Source: a virus (lineage: Duplodnaviria > Heunggongvirae > Uroviricota > Caudoviricetes). Taken from it: DNA of 16,929 bases. This document shows, piece after piece, positions 1 through 8,285 of this stretch. Below the pieces are notes generated by a model. It searched no databases. It had not been told where the DNA came from and saw nothing but the letters and a program-made list of their open reading frames with translations. Positions within the stretch are counted from its first letter, which is position 1, and every line of letters begins with the position of its first letter. The DNA lies in the IMG/VR virus record IMGVR_UViG_3300028995_000083, positions 1 to 16,929 of that record. The stretch is one strand, 5' to 3'. Made by a program: the position numbers and the translations under genes.

Positions 1-1053
1 TTACGGGGTAATGCCAACCGCTGCCGCCACTTTGTCGCCACTTGGCAGCGTTGCCAGAGGATTGAAACGGAGCGCCGTTTCCAGATGATCCGGTGCCAGA
101 TGTGCGTAACGCATAGTCATTTTTATATCGTGGTGTCCGAGAATTTTTTGTAAGGCCAGAATGTTTCCACCCGACATCATGAAGTGCGCCGCAAACGTAT
201 GGCGCAGAACGTGTGTGAGTTGACCGCGAGGGAGCACGATAGACGTTTTTTCCATCACGGATAAAAATTGAAAATAGCAGTCTGTGAAGAAATTGAACCC
301 ATCAAGCGCCATGATCTCTTCGTAAAGCTCTTTACTGATAGGGATGCTTCTGTTTTTCTTCCCCTTCGTTCTTACAAAGGTAATTCGGTATTTGGTCACC
401 TGTGAACGAGTAAGATTTACGGCTTCTCGCCAGCGTGCGCCTGTGCTTAAGCATATCTTAACTACCAGTGCCAGAATTGGGTCCTGACGTTTGCAATCAG
501 CCAGTAATTCAACAATCTGCTCATGGGTAAGCCATGCCATCTCTTTTTCTGCGATGGTGAATTTTCGCATGTTCTCCAGTGGGTTCGGATACGACCATTC
601 GCCCAGGCGGGATAGTTCGCTAAAAACACTACTTAGATAGCTTTGCTCCAGGTTAATGGTGACCGGGCTTGCTCCTTTCTTCCATTTCTCGCTGAAGTAG
701 ATCTCACCTGTCAGGCGTTTATCTCGATAGTGGGCAAACATTTTAGAGGTTAGATCAGTTGCAAGGGGATTGCCCAGAGCGTCAACCATCAGCAGCAATT
801 TGTCATAGACATGCTGCCCAGCAGTCAGTGATTTACCATGTAGTTTGAACCATAGCTCAACCACGTCTTTCAGTGTTCGACGATCCACTGATTCACCTAG
901 CCAGGGCTTTGCTTCGGTTTCTTCCATCGTGTGACGCTCAAAAGCCAGTGCTTCGCCTTTGGTGGCGAATTGTTTACGCACACGACGCCCACTACGTCCG
1001 GCGGGGTAACATTCGCAAAGCCATTTTCCTGTGGTGAGTTTTCGTACAGCCAT
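1..1053 (-). CDS. int: Tyrosine integrase (P2/186 type)
   Basis: 350-aa product starting MAVRKLTTGKWLCECYPAGRSGRRVRKQFATKGEALAFE, typical of P2-family integrase N-termini; C-terminal region has an HxxR...Y-type catalytic layout (LRHTFAAHF...HHDIKMTMRYAHL). GGAGGG RBS before the ATG at 1053; the upstream in-frame extension to 1131 lacks an RBS. Confidence 0.9.
   Translation of the reverse strand: MAVRKLTTGKWLCECYPAGRSGRRVRKQFATKGEALAFERHTMEETEAKPWLGESVDRRTLKDVVELWFKLHGKSLTAGQHVYDKLLLMVDALGNPLATDLTSKMFAHYRDKRLTGEIYFSEKWKKGASPVTINLEQSYLSSVFSELSRLGEWSYPNPLENMRKFTIAEKEMAWLTHEQIVELLADCKRQDPILALVVKICLSTGARWREAVNLTRSQVTKYRITFVRTKGKKNRSIPISKELYEEIMALDGFNFFTDCYFQFLSVMEKTSIVLPRGQLTHVLRHTFAAHFMMSGGNILALQKILGHHDIKMTMRYAHLAPDHLETALRFNPLATLPSGDKVAAAVGITP
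19..40 (+). repeat. Candidate attL core (CGCTGCCGCCACTTTGTCGCCA), direct repeat of 14075..14096
   Basis: 21/22 identity with the copy immediately after the ogr stop codon; flanks on both sides of each copy are unrelated. Lies inside the 3' end of int. Confidence 0.55.
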
Positions 1054-1241
1054 AAAAAATGCCCTCCAATAGAGAGCATTTTTACTGTATGTATAACCAG
1101 TGTCAATGTATGAAATCCTGCGACCATACATCTCACTGAAGCCATAATGAAGTAGGCTATTCTTTTTGCTATGTGATCATGTAACTTTTGCGGTTAACCT
1201 GTGGCTCATTTTTATTTTAGGCGCAGATATAAAAGCAAAAG

Positions 1242-1433
1242 TTATCGTGAGTTTTTAGTACAGATTTTTTTGGATTTACTAATAGTTCCATCATTGCAAA
1301 CGAATTTGCCATCAGAGGTACAGTGAGAAACACCTCCCTTTTTCCCTGAGCAGGGATAATTTCTAGCATAGGTAGCTAGTGGGTTTAATAACAAAGAACA
1401 TGACAAAACCACAAAAAATACCTTACCAAGCAT
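1242..1433 (-). CDS. Small secreted or lipoprotein-like cysteine-rich protein (63 aa), putative moron in the cI-int operon
   Basis: GGGAGG RBS 5 nt before the ATG; hydrophobic N-terminal signal-like segment ([23 protein letters not shown]) then a Lys/Cys-rich mature part with 4 Cys; AT-rich relative to int and cI; same strand, between cI and int. Confidence 0.55.
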   Translation of the reverse strand: MLGKVFFVVLSCSLLLNPLATYARNYPCSGKKGGVSHCTSDGKFVCNDGTISKSKKICTKNSR

Positions 1434-1448
1434 AATTTCCTCCCGGTA

Positions 1449-2024
1449 CTATTTAACATACTTGACTGTTAAACTTATAATTTTACCAATTATTTCAATG
1501 TCTTCTATCTTACATTCAAAGGCTCTGTTTCCACCCTCGACGAAGATTCTTCCACCGGGTAAACGAGTAATGTCACGGATCGTTATTTCGCCATCAATAC
1601 TTATTACCCATTTACCATCACGTATATCATCAAATTCCTTATCACAAATAAATTCAGAATTATTATCTGTGATTACAAAAAGATTCTTGAATGCCGACGG
1701 TAGAAATTCTCTATCGAAAATATAAAAACCGTCTTCACACAAGGCCCCATCAGATAATACATATTTAGCAACTTCCATAGTATTTGTATTACCTGAAGTT
1801 TGCTTTGAACCATGCCCGGTTGTGAGCCAATTAAGCGAGGTGCCTGTTTCAAGGGCGCACTGGATTACCCATTCTGCTGGGAATGAGTCACGCATGTAGC
1901 GTGTGGCGAGTGTACTTTTAGAGATTCCTAAATGATCGCACAACGCCTGTCGAGTCTTGAATCCATAAGCTTCTACCATGCGCTCTATGGCGCCTCGTCC
2001 GCCTTTCTCCAAATTCATGGTCAC
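1449..2024 (-). CDS. cI: CI-type immunity repressor (186 CI-like, HTH N-terminal domain)
   Basis: 191 aa, close to the size of phage 186 CI; N-terminal HTH-like segment (FKTRQALCDHLGISKSTLATRYMRD); located between int and the divergent early operon; GGAG RBS. Confidence 0.8.
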   Translation of the reverse strand: MTMNLEKGGRGAIERMVEAYGFKTRQALCDHLGISKSTLATRYMRDSFPAEWVIQCALETGTSLNWLTTGHGSKQTSGNTNTMEVAKYVLSDGALCEDGFYIFDREFLPSAFKNLFVITDNNSEFICDKEFDDIRDGKWVISIDGEITIRDITRLPGGRIFVEGGNRAFECKIEDIEIIGKIISLTVKYVK

Positions 2025-2042
2025 TCCAAGTGAACTTTTATC

Positions 2043-2071
2043 TTGACGATTTCACCGTGCGATCGTATGTT
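2043..2071 (+). promoter_or_regulatory. Candidate early lytic promoter (pR/Pe-like): -35 TTGACG, 17-bp spacer, -10 TATGTT
   Basis: Hexamers read directly in the cI-apl intergenic region, oriented toward apl about 70 bp downstream. Operators not mapped. Confidence 0.3.
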
Positions 2072-2143
2072 TATGGTGTTCACAAAATACAAACGATCCG
2101 TATTCGTCCTGATTAATCATCATTAAACGAGGAATGTTGCATC

Positions 2144-2365
2144 ATGAGACCTAACATTTCAATCACTCTTACCACGCCTCATGTGACTATTGAACGCTAT
2201 AGCGAGCTGACAGGGCTATCCATCGATACCATCAATGACATGTTGGCTGATGGACGCCTTATCCGTCACCGTCTGCGCAAAGATAAAAAACGCGAAAAAG
2301 TGATGATCAACATAGCAGCAATGACCGTTGATGCGCTTTCAGAATGCAATCTAAACCTTAATTAG
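2144..2365 (+). CDS. Apl/Cox-like small DNA-binding protein (excisionase / repressor of lysogenic promoter)
   Basis: 73-aa basic protein, first gene of the rightward early operon, divergent from cI; position and size match 186 Apl / P2 Cox. Family assignment is by synteny, not motif. Confidence 0.6.
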   Translation: MRPNISITLTTPHVTIERYSELTGLSIDTINDMLADGRLIRHRLRKDKKREKVMINIAAMTVDALSECNLNLN

Positions 2366-2397
2366 TTCGATTCTGAAATACATCAGAGGCATTGACC

Positions 2398-2907
2398 ATG
2401 TTTGATTACCAAGTTTCCAAACATCCACATTTTGATGAAGCCTGTCGTGCATTTGCACTGCGCCACAATCTGGTGCAACTGGCAGAACGTGCAGGCATGA
2501 ATGTGCAGATTCTGCGGAACAAGCTGAACCCAGCTCAGCCTCATTTATTAACCGCACCAGAAATCTGGCTGCTTACCGATCTGACTGAAGATTCAACGCT
2601 GGTAGATGGTTTTCTGGCACAGATTCATTGTCTGCCATGTGTACCGATTAATGAGGTGGCAAAAGAGAAACTGCCACATTACGTCATGAGTGCAACCGCA
2701 GAGATCGGGCGTGTTGCTGCAGGTGCGGTGTCTGGCGATGTAAAAACCTGTGCCGGTCGTCGTGATGCTATCAGCAGCATTAACTCTGTAACACGACTGA
2801 TGGCGCTGGCGGCTGTTTCATTGCAGGCCCGTTTACAGGCTAATCCTGCGATGGCGAGTGCAGTTGATACCGTGACTGGCCTCGGTGCTTCATTTGGTTT
2901 GCTGTGA
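2398..2907 (+). CDS. cII: CII-type phage regulatory protein (186 CII-like)
   Basis: 169 aa from ATG 2398 (AGAGG RBS 9 nt upstream; the TTG at 2392 in the ORF track is too close to the RBS); N-terminus [45 protein letters not shown] resembles the Phage_CII family; immediately after apl as in 186. Confidence 0.8.
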   Translation: MFDYQVSKHPHFDEACRAFALRHNLVQLAERAGMNVQILRNKLNPAQPHLLTAPEIWLLTDLTEDSTLVDGFLAQIHCLPCVPINEVAKEKLPHYVMSATAEIGRVAAGAVSGDVKTCAGRRDAISSINSVTRLMALAAVSLQARLQANPAMASAVDTVTGLGASFGLL

Positions 2908-2914
2908 GGTGCTT

Positions 2915-3115
2915 ATGCTGACGAAAGAACCATCATTTGCATCGCTGCTGGTTAAACAAAGCCCGGCAATGCATTACGGCCACGGCTGGATCATGGGGGA
3001 GGATGGTAAACGCTGGCATCCGTGCCGTTCACAAGATGAATTGCTGGCAGAACTATCTACGAAAAAACGGGGGAACAAATGGCTATTGAAGGCACTGCGG
3101 CGACTGTTCCATTAA
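2915..3115 (+). CDS. Hypothetical small phage protein (at the position of fil in 186)
   Basis: 66-aa ORF from ATG 2915 with GAGG RBS; the GTG at 2885 overlaps cII and has no RBS. Function inferred from position only. Confidence 0.5.
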   Translation: MLTKEPSFASLLVKQSPAMHYGHGWIMGEDGKRWHPCRSQDELLAELSTKKRGNKWLLKALRRLFH

Positions 3116-3420
3116 GCCCCGGTGAACGCCTGAATGGACTTAATCACATTGCGGAGTTAAGGGCGAAAATTTTTGGCCTGAATATTGAGTCAGAGCTTGA
3201 GCGGTTTATTAAAGATATGCGTGATTCACGGGATATTAATAGCGAACAAAATAAACGGGCACTGGCTGCCATATTCTTTATGGCAAAAATTCCAGCTGAA
3301 CGTCATAGCATCAGCATTAATGAGCTGACCACTGACGAAAAGCGGGAGTTGATTAAAGCAATGAATCATTTTCGTGCAGTGGTGAGCTTATTTCCCAGAC
3401 GGCTAACCATGCCGAATTAA
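3079..3420 (+). CDS. Hypothetical phage early protein (113 aa)
   Basis: ORF with GGGGGAA RBS before ATG 3079; overlaps the previous gene by 37 nt; no motif recognised. Confidence 0.55.
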   Translation: MAIEGTAATVPLSPGERLNGLNHIAELRAKIFGLNIESELERFIKDMRDSRDINSEQNKRALAAIFFMAKIPAERHSISINELTTDEKRELIKAMNHFRAVVSLFPRRLTMPN

Positions 3421-3487
3421 CCAACTAATGAAATTAATGGCGTAAACCCGCCGGGCATCCCTTTATCTAAATTCAGGAGAATTGATT

Positions 3488-3721
3488 ATGCGTAATATTG
3501 AAACCCTCTCGACCAAAACCGGACCGGATGACGCAGGGCTTAATATTTTACTGACAGAGGCTCGTCTGGAAGAACGCCGGGCAAGGGCTGAAGCAATGGC
3601 AGCTCGCCTTGATAGCCTGGCGTGTCATATCACATCCCGCCAGCTAACCCACGTCGAAGCGGCAGAACTGCTTCGTGTGACTGCTGAAGCAATCCAGAAC
3701 GAAGCGCAGGAGATCCACTAA
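3488..3721 (+). CDS. Hypothetical phage early protein (77 aa)
   Basis: AGGAG RBS 7-8 nt before ATG 3488; stop overlaps the start of the next gene (TAATG). Confidence 0.6.
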   Translation: MRNIETLSTKTGPDDAGLNILLTEARLEERRARAEAMAARLDSLACHITSRQLTHVEAAELLRVTAEAIQNEAQEIH

Positions 3722-3948
3722 TGGCTGATGCAATGGATCTCGTACAGCAGCGCGTTGAAGAAGAACGCCAACGCCATATCCGTGCTGCCCGTGCCAAAAC
3801 GCCGGGCGTGTCCCGCGTGCTTTGCATTGATTGTGAAGCGCCAATTCCGCCAGCACGCCGCCGTGCCATTCCGGGTGTGCAGCTTTGCATTACCTGCCAG
3901 GAAATCGCAGAGCTGAAAGGCAAACATTACAACGGAGGTGCTGTATGA
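3721..3948 (+). CDS. TraR/DksA-family C4 zinc-finger protein
   Basis: 75 aa with CIDC-x17-CITC spacing (C-x2-C ... C-x2-C), characteristic of phage TraR/DksA-like zinc fingers; translationally coupled to neighbours. Confidence 0.8.
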   Translation: MADAMDLVQQRVEEERQRHIRAARAKTPGVSRVLCIDCEAPIPPARRRAIPGVQLCITCQEIAELKGKHYNGGAV

Positions 3949-4802
3949 GCACCATCCTGAAATGGGCGGGAAATAAAACTGCCATAATGTCCGAACTGAA
4001 AAAACATCTTCCTGCTGGCCCGCGACTGGTTGAACCTTTCGCGGGTTCCTGTGCTGTGATGATGGAGACGGATTATCCCAGCTATCTGGTTGCGGATATT
4101 AATCCTGATTTAATCAACCTCTATAAAAAGGTTGCCGCTGATTGTGAATCGTTTATATCTCGCGCCAGAGTTTTATTTGAGATCGCAAACAGGGAGGTGG
4201 CTTATTACAACATAAGGCAGGAGTTTAATTACTCAACTGAAATTACTGATTTCATGAAAGCGGTATATTTCCTGTATCTCAATCGTCACGGTTACCGTGG
4301 TTTATGTCGCTATAACAAGAGCGGGCATTTCAACATTCCCTACGGTAATTATAAAAATCCGTATTTCCCTGAAAAAGAAATTCGCGCATTTGCAGAAAAG
4401 GCCCAGCGAGCAACGTTTATCTGCGCCAGCTTTGATGAAACGCTGGCGATGTTGAAGGCGGGGGATGTGGTGTATTGCGATCCGCCGTATGACGGTACGT
4501 TTTCCGGCTATCACACTGACGGCTTCACTGAAGATGACCAGTATCACCTGGCATCTGTTCTTGAACATCGGTCATCAGAAGGACATCCGGTCATTGTTTC
4601 TAACAGTGACACATCCCTGATCCGTTCGCTGTATCGCAATTTTACTCACCACTACATCAAGGCAAAACGCAGCATCGGTGTGGCAGCTGGCGAGGGTAAA
4701 TCAGCAACAGAAATCATTGCTGTTTCCGGGCCGCGCTGCTGGGTGGGATTTGATTATTCGCGTGGCGTGGATAGTTCTGCCGTGTACGGAGTACGTGCAT
4801 GA
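3945..4802 (+). CDS. dam: DNA adenine methyltransferase (Dam-like, N6-adenine MTase)
   Basis: 285 aa from ATG 3945 (GGAGGTG RBS). Motif I-like EPFAGSCAV near the N-terminus and catalytic DPPY ([12 protein letters not shown]); N-terminus [11 protein letters not shown] is typical of Dam-family enzymes. Confidence 0.9.
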   Translation: MSTILKWAGNKTAIMSELKKHLPAGPRLVEPFAGSCAVMMETDYPSYLVADINPDLINLYKKVAADCESFISRARVLFEIANREVAYYNIRQEFNYSTEITDFMKAVYFLYLNRHGYRGLCRYNKSGHFNIPYGNYKNPYFPEKEIRAFAEKAQRATFICASFDETLAMLKAGDVVYCDPPYDGTFSGYHTDGFTEDDQYHLASVLEHRSSEGHPVIVSNSDTSLIRSLYRNFTHHYIKAKRSIGVAAGEGKSATEIIAVSGPRCWVGFDYSRGVDSSAVYGVRA

Positions 4803-7213
4803 GTCATGCCGATATGAACAACTGCTGCGGCTTTAACGAAGCTGCCGCATCGTTCTCATGGAACAGCTCGAAAAAGGCCATTAACCCTTATCTGGACCCG
4901 GTGGAAGTTGCGCCGGTTTCTACGCTTTCAAACCTGATCACTCTGTACGCTGCCGATAACGAGCAGGAACAGCTGCGCCGTGAGGCGCTGAGTGATCAGG
5001 TCTGGGAGCGTTATTTCTTTAATGAATCCCGTGATCCTGTCCAGCGCGAAATGGAACAGGATAAGCTCATTAGTCGGGCAAAGCTGGCGCATGAGCAGCA
5101 GCGTTTTAATCCGGATATGGTCATTCTGGCGGACGTCAACGCCCAGCCTTCCCATATCAGCAAGCCGCTGATGCAACGTATTGAATACTTCAGCAGCCTG
5201 GGCAGGCCAAAGGCTTATTCCCGCTATTTACGTGAGACGATTAAGCCATGTCTGGAACGACTGGAGCATGTACGCGACAGTCAGCTATCTGCATCTTTTC
5301 GCTTTATGGCAAGCCATGAAGGGCTGGACGGCCTGCTGATCCTGCCTGAAATGAGTCAGGATCAGGTGAAACGCCTGTCCACCCTGGTAGCTGCGCATAT
5401 GAGTATGTGCCTTGATGCCGCTTGTGGCGATTTGTATGCCACCGATGACGTTAAGCCAGAAGAAATCCGCAATACATGGGAAAGGGTGGCAGCGGAAACC
5501 CTGCGTCTGGATGTCATCCCGCCTGCGTTTGAGCAACTCCGTCGGAAAAGAAACCGCCGTAAACCCGTGCCCTATGAACTCATTCCGGGTTCGCTGGCGC
5601 GTATGTTGTGCGCCGACTGGTGGTATCGGAAATTATGGAAGATGCGTTGCGAATGGCGGGAAGAGCAGTTGCGTGCTGTCTGCCTTGTCAGCAAAAAAGC
5701 ATCTCCCTATGTCAGCTATGAAGCCGTGTTGCATAAACGTGAGCAGCGCCGTAAGTCGCTGGAGTTTTTCCGTTCTCATGAACTGGTGAACGAAGACGGC
5801 GACACGCTAGACATGGAGGATGTGGTAAACGCCAGCAGCAGCAACCCTGCGCATCGCCGCAATGAGATGATGGCCTGTGTTAAAGGTCTGGAGCTTATCG
5901 CGGAAATGCGCGGTGACTGCGCCGTTTTCTACACCATCACCTGTCCGTCACGTTTCCATTCCACGCTAAATAACGGCAGGCCCAACCCGACCTGGACAAA
6001 TGCGACGGTAAGACAAAGCAGCGATTATCTGGTCGGTATGTTTGCTGCATTTCGTAAGGCGATGCACAAAGCCGGGTTGCGCTGGTATGGCGTGCGGGTG
6101 GCTGAGCCGCATCACGACGGCACAGTTCACTGGCACCTGTTGTGTTTCATGCGCAAAAAAGACCGCCGCGCCATTACAGCATTGTTGCGTAAGTTTGCTA
6201 TCCGTGAAGACCGCGAGGAGCTGGGCAATAACACGGGGCCGCGCTTTAAGTCTGAGCTGATTAACCCGCGCAAAGGAACGCCGACAAGCTACATAGCGAA
6301 ATACATCAGTAAGAACATTGACGGGCGTGGTCTGGCTGGCGAGATCAGCAAGGAAACGGGTAAATCTCTGCGTGATAACGCTGAATACGTGAATGCCTGG
6401 GCGTCTTTGCATCGTGTTCAGCAATTCCGCTTCTTTGGCATTCCGGGGCGTCAGGCTTACCGTGAACTGCGATTGCTGGCTGGTCAGGCGGCAAGGCAAA
6501 AGGGGGACAAAAAAGCAGGTGCGCCGGTACTGGATAACCCGCGCCTTGATGCCATCCTGGCTGCTGCTGATGCTGGTTGTTTTGCCACCTACATCATGAA
6601 GCAGGGCGGCGTACTGGTTCCCCGTAAATATCACCTCATCAGAACCGCTTATGAAATCAACGAAGAGCCGACCGCCTATGGCGATCACGGCATTCGTATT
6701 TATGGCATCTGGTCACCCATTGCAGAGGGCAAGATCTGCACTCATGCAGTGAAGTGGAAAATGGTTCGTAAAGCCGTTGACGTTCAGGAGGCGGCAGCCG
6801 ACCAGGGCGCTTGCGCCCCTTGGACTCGTGGCAATAACTGTCCCCTTGCTGAAAATTTGTACCAACAAGGGAAAGACAAATCAGCTGATGGGGATACCAG
6901 AACGGATATTACCCGCATGGATGACAAGGAATTGCACGATTACCTGCACAGTATGAACAAAAAAGAGCGCCGGGAACTGGCTGCAAGGTTACGCCTGGTG
7001 AAACCGAAACGGCGTAAAGACTACAAACAGCGAATTACAGACCATCAGCGACAGCAGCTCGTCTATGAACTGAAGTCCAGAGGATTTGATGGCAGCGAGA
7101 AAGAGGTCGATTTACTCCTTCGCGGCGGCAGTATTCCGTCAGGAGCAGGCCTGCGTATCTTCTATCGGAACCAGCGTTTGCAGGAAGATGATAAGTGGCG
7201 AAACCTGTATTAA
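4799..7213 (+). CDS. Replication initiation endonuclease (P2/186 gene-A-like rolling-circle initiator)
   Basis: 804 aa; HUH-type motif ([10 protein letters not shown]) and a paired-tyrosine segment (YIAKYISKN) consistent with P2 gpA-family proteins; start overlaps the dam stop (ATGA). Confidence 0.9.
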   Translation: MSHADMNNCCGFNEAAASFSWNSSKKAINPYLDPVEVAPVSTLSNLITLYAADNEQEQLRREALSDQVWERYFFNESRDPVQREMEQDKLISRAKLAHEQQRFNPDMVILADVNAQPSHISKPLMQRIEYFSSLGRPKAYSRYLRETIKPCLERLEHVRDSQLSASFRFMASHEGLDGLLILPEMSQDQVKRLSTLVAAHMSMCLDAACGDLYATDDVKPEEIRNTWERVAAETLRLDVIPPAFEQLRRKRNRRKPVPYELIPGSLARMLCADWWYRKLWKMRCEWREEQLRAVCLVSKKASPYVSYEAVLHKREQRRKSLEFFRSHELVNEDGDTLDMEDVVNASSSNPAHRRNEMMACVKGLELIAEMRGDCAVFYTITCPSRFHSTLNNGRPNPTWTNATVRQSSDYLVGMFAAFRKAMHKAGLRWYGVRVAEPHHDGTVHWHLLCFMRKKDRRAITALLRKFAIREDREELGNNTGPRFKSELINPRKGTPTSYIAKYISKNIDGRGLAGEISKETGKSLRDNAEYVNAWASLHRVQQFRFFGIPGRQAYRELRLLAGQAARQKGDKKAGAPVLDNPRLDAILAAADAGCFATYIMKQGGVLVPRKYHLIRTAYEINEEPTAYGDHGIRIYGIWSPIAEGKICTHAVKWKMVRKAVDVQEAAADQGACAPWTRGNNCPLAENLYQQGKDKSADGDTRTDITRMDDKELHDYLHSMNKKERRELAARLRLVKPKRRKDYKQRITDHQRQQLVYELKSRGFDGSEKEVDLLLRGGSIPSGAGLRIFYRNQRLQEDDKWRNLY

Positions 7214-7305
7214 TTACGCGGGTTAACAATTCGTGCTCTTAATAATACCAGGCATATCAGGCTGATGAACGTAAAAAAACGTTTTACATCAGTAAGATTA
7301 TTATA

Positions 7306-7325
7306 TACTGTAAATATAAACAGTG
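7306..7325 (+). promoter_or_regulatory. LexA (SOS) box TACTGTAAATATAAACAGTG
   Basis: Perfect CTGT-N8-ACAG core with TA/TG flanks; part of a larger palindrome (TACTGTAAATAT-N11-ATATTTACAGTA, 7306..7340); about 40 bp upstream of the 7366 ORF, downstream of a TTTACA -35-like hexamer at 7283..7288. Confidence 0.7.
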
Positions 7326-7365
7326 GTTATATTTACAGTATTGCTTTGGTGTCATAGGAGGAAAG

Positions 7366-7554
7366 ATGCAGGACTATTTTTTGGAGTCTTTGAAGCTCCA
7401 GCGCATTGATTTTTTTCTTAAGCTTGTAGCGGCTAGTGAGTGTAGTGATGAAGAGAAGGGGCTGGCTTTGCAGTGGGTTTCTGAACTAACAGATGAACTC
7501 ATGGCAAAAATCAGAACCCACGAATACAACCGCTCAATGGATGTCATCAGTTGA
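7366..7554 (+). CDS. Small SOS-controlled protein, possible Tum-like antirepressor N-terminal module
   Basis: 62 aa, strong AGGAGG RBS, directly downstream of the LexA box and upstream of the DinI-family gene; function inferred from position by analogy with 186 tum. Confidence 0.5.
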   Translation: MQDYFLESLKLQRIDFFLKLVAASECSDEEKGLALQWVSELTDELMAKIRTHEYNRSMDVIS

Positions 7555-7565
7555 GGTGACTTTTT

Positions 7566-7799
7566 ATGCGCATTGAAATAATGATCGATAAAGAGCAGAA
7601 GATTAGCCAGTCTACCCTGGACGCCCTTGAATCCGAGCTTTACCGCAATCTGCGTCCTCTGTATCCCAAAATGGTAATTCGTATCCGCAAAGGTAGCTCT
7701 AACGGTGTGGAACTGACCGGATTGCAACTGGACGAAGAAAGAAAACAAGTGATGAAAATTATGCAGAAGGTGTGGGAAGACGACAGCTGGCTGCATTAA
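7566..7799 (+). CDS. dinI: DinI-family protein (DNA-damage-inducible protein I-like)
   Basis: 77 aa; MRIEIMIDKEQKISQSTLDALESELYRNL...VWEDDSWLH parallels E. coli DinI in length and pattern (MRIEV...ETWE..DW); GAGGTG RBS; in the LexA-controlled transcription unit. Confidence 0.85.
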   Translation: MRIEIMIDKEQKISQSTLDALESELYRNLRPLYPKMVIRIRKGSSNGVELTGLQLDEERKQVMKIMQKVWEDDSWLH

Positions 7800-8069
7800 G
7801 AAACGTTGCTGGCGTCTGAACTTGCTTCTGGCGTCAGCAAGGTTGAACAACGAGCTATGCGAGGCGTTAGTGTCAATTTGTTACCTTAACCACTATATAT
7901 GCCAGGAAATTAACAGTTCTTAAGAAACAGCTTGCATGATCGAGCGCATTGAACTTAAGTTTAAGTAACGCAATCAACAGATGATATTGTTGTCTAAATT
8001 TTAAAGATAATCTGTTGAGGTTGTAGGCGTCGGAGTGTAGACTTCCGCGCCATGTGAAAAGGGGGAGTT

Positions 8070-8285
8070 ATGTCAAGCATCGCCGCATTTAGCCTGGGTA
8101 ACCCAGTTGAACGTCTGGCAAGGGTTCTTAAAGAGAACCAGGACAAACTCAATCTTAGTAAAGATGGTTTTGTGTCCGTAGACTTGTCTAACAAAAGAGC
8201 AATGGATGCCATCAAGGCACAGATGGATAAGCTTGAAGGCATCAAAACGAGCACTGTAAAAGAGAAAACTAATAGAACCAGATAA
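8070..8285 (+). CDS. Hypothetical small soluble protein (71 aa), first gene of cargo operon
   Basis: Strong RBS (AAAGGGGGAG) before ATG 8070; Lys-rich, no TM segment; stop overlaps the start of the next gene (TAATG); AT-rich. Confidence 0.6.
   Translation: MSSIAAFSLGNPVERLARVLKENQDKLNLSKDGFVSVDLSNKRAMDAIKAQMDKLEGIKTSTVKEKTNRTR

Noticed and set aside
1-60. tRNA gene at the attachment site (the core ends in ...TCGCCA, reminiscent of a tRNA 3' CCA end)
   Set aside because: No T-loop (GGTTCGAATCC-like) or acceptor-stem complementarity upstream of either repeat copy; one copy is inside int and the other directly follows ogr.
3630-3927. Overlapping minus-strand and alternative-frame ORFs (3630..3923, 3644..3856, 3718..3927, 3728..3916)
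   Set aside because: Overlap the TraR/DksA zinc-finger gene, which has a clear C-x2-C...C-x2-C motif and translational coupling; the alternatives have no signals.
5966-6688. 240-aa minus-strand ORF inside the replication gene
   Set aside because: Entirely antisense to a well-supported 804-aa CDS with recognisable motifs; no RBS; typical spurious antisense ORF in a GC-balanced coding region. The same applies to 4928..5176, 5285..5536, 5412..5789, 6042..6260, 6393..6599 and 7035..7229.
7806-7840. Imperfect hairpin after the DinI-like gene (TTGCTGGCGTC ... GGCGTCAGCAA)
   Set aside because: Stem needs two G-U pairs and is followed by GGTTGAACAAC, not a U tract; not convincing as an intrinsic terminator, although it may still be a processing or Rho-dependent site.
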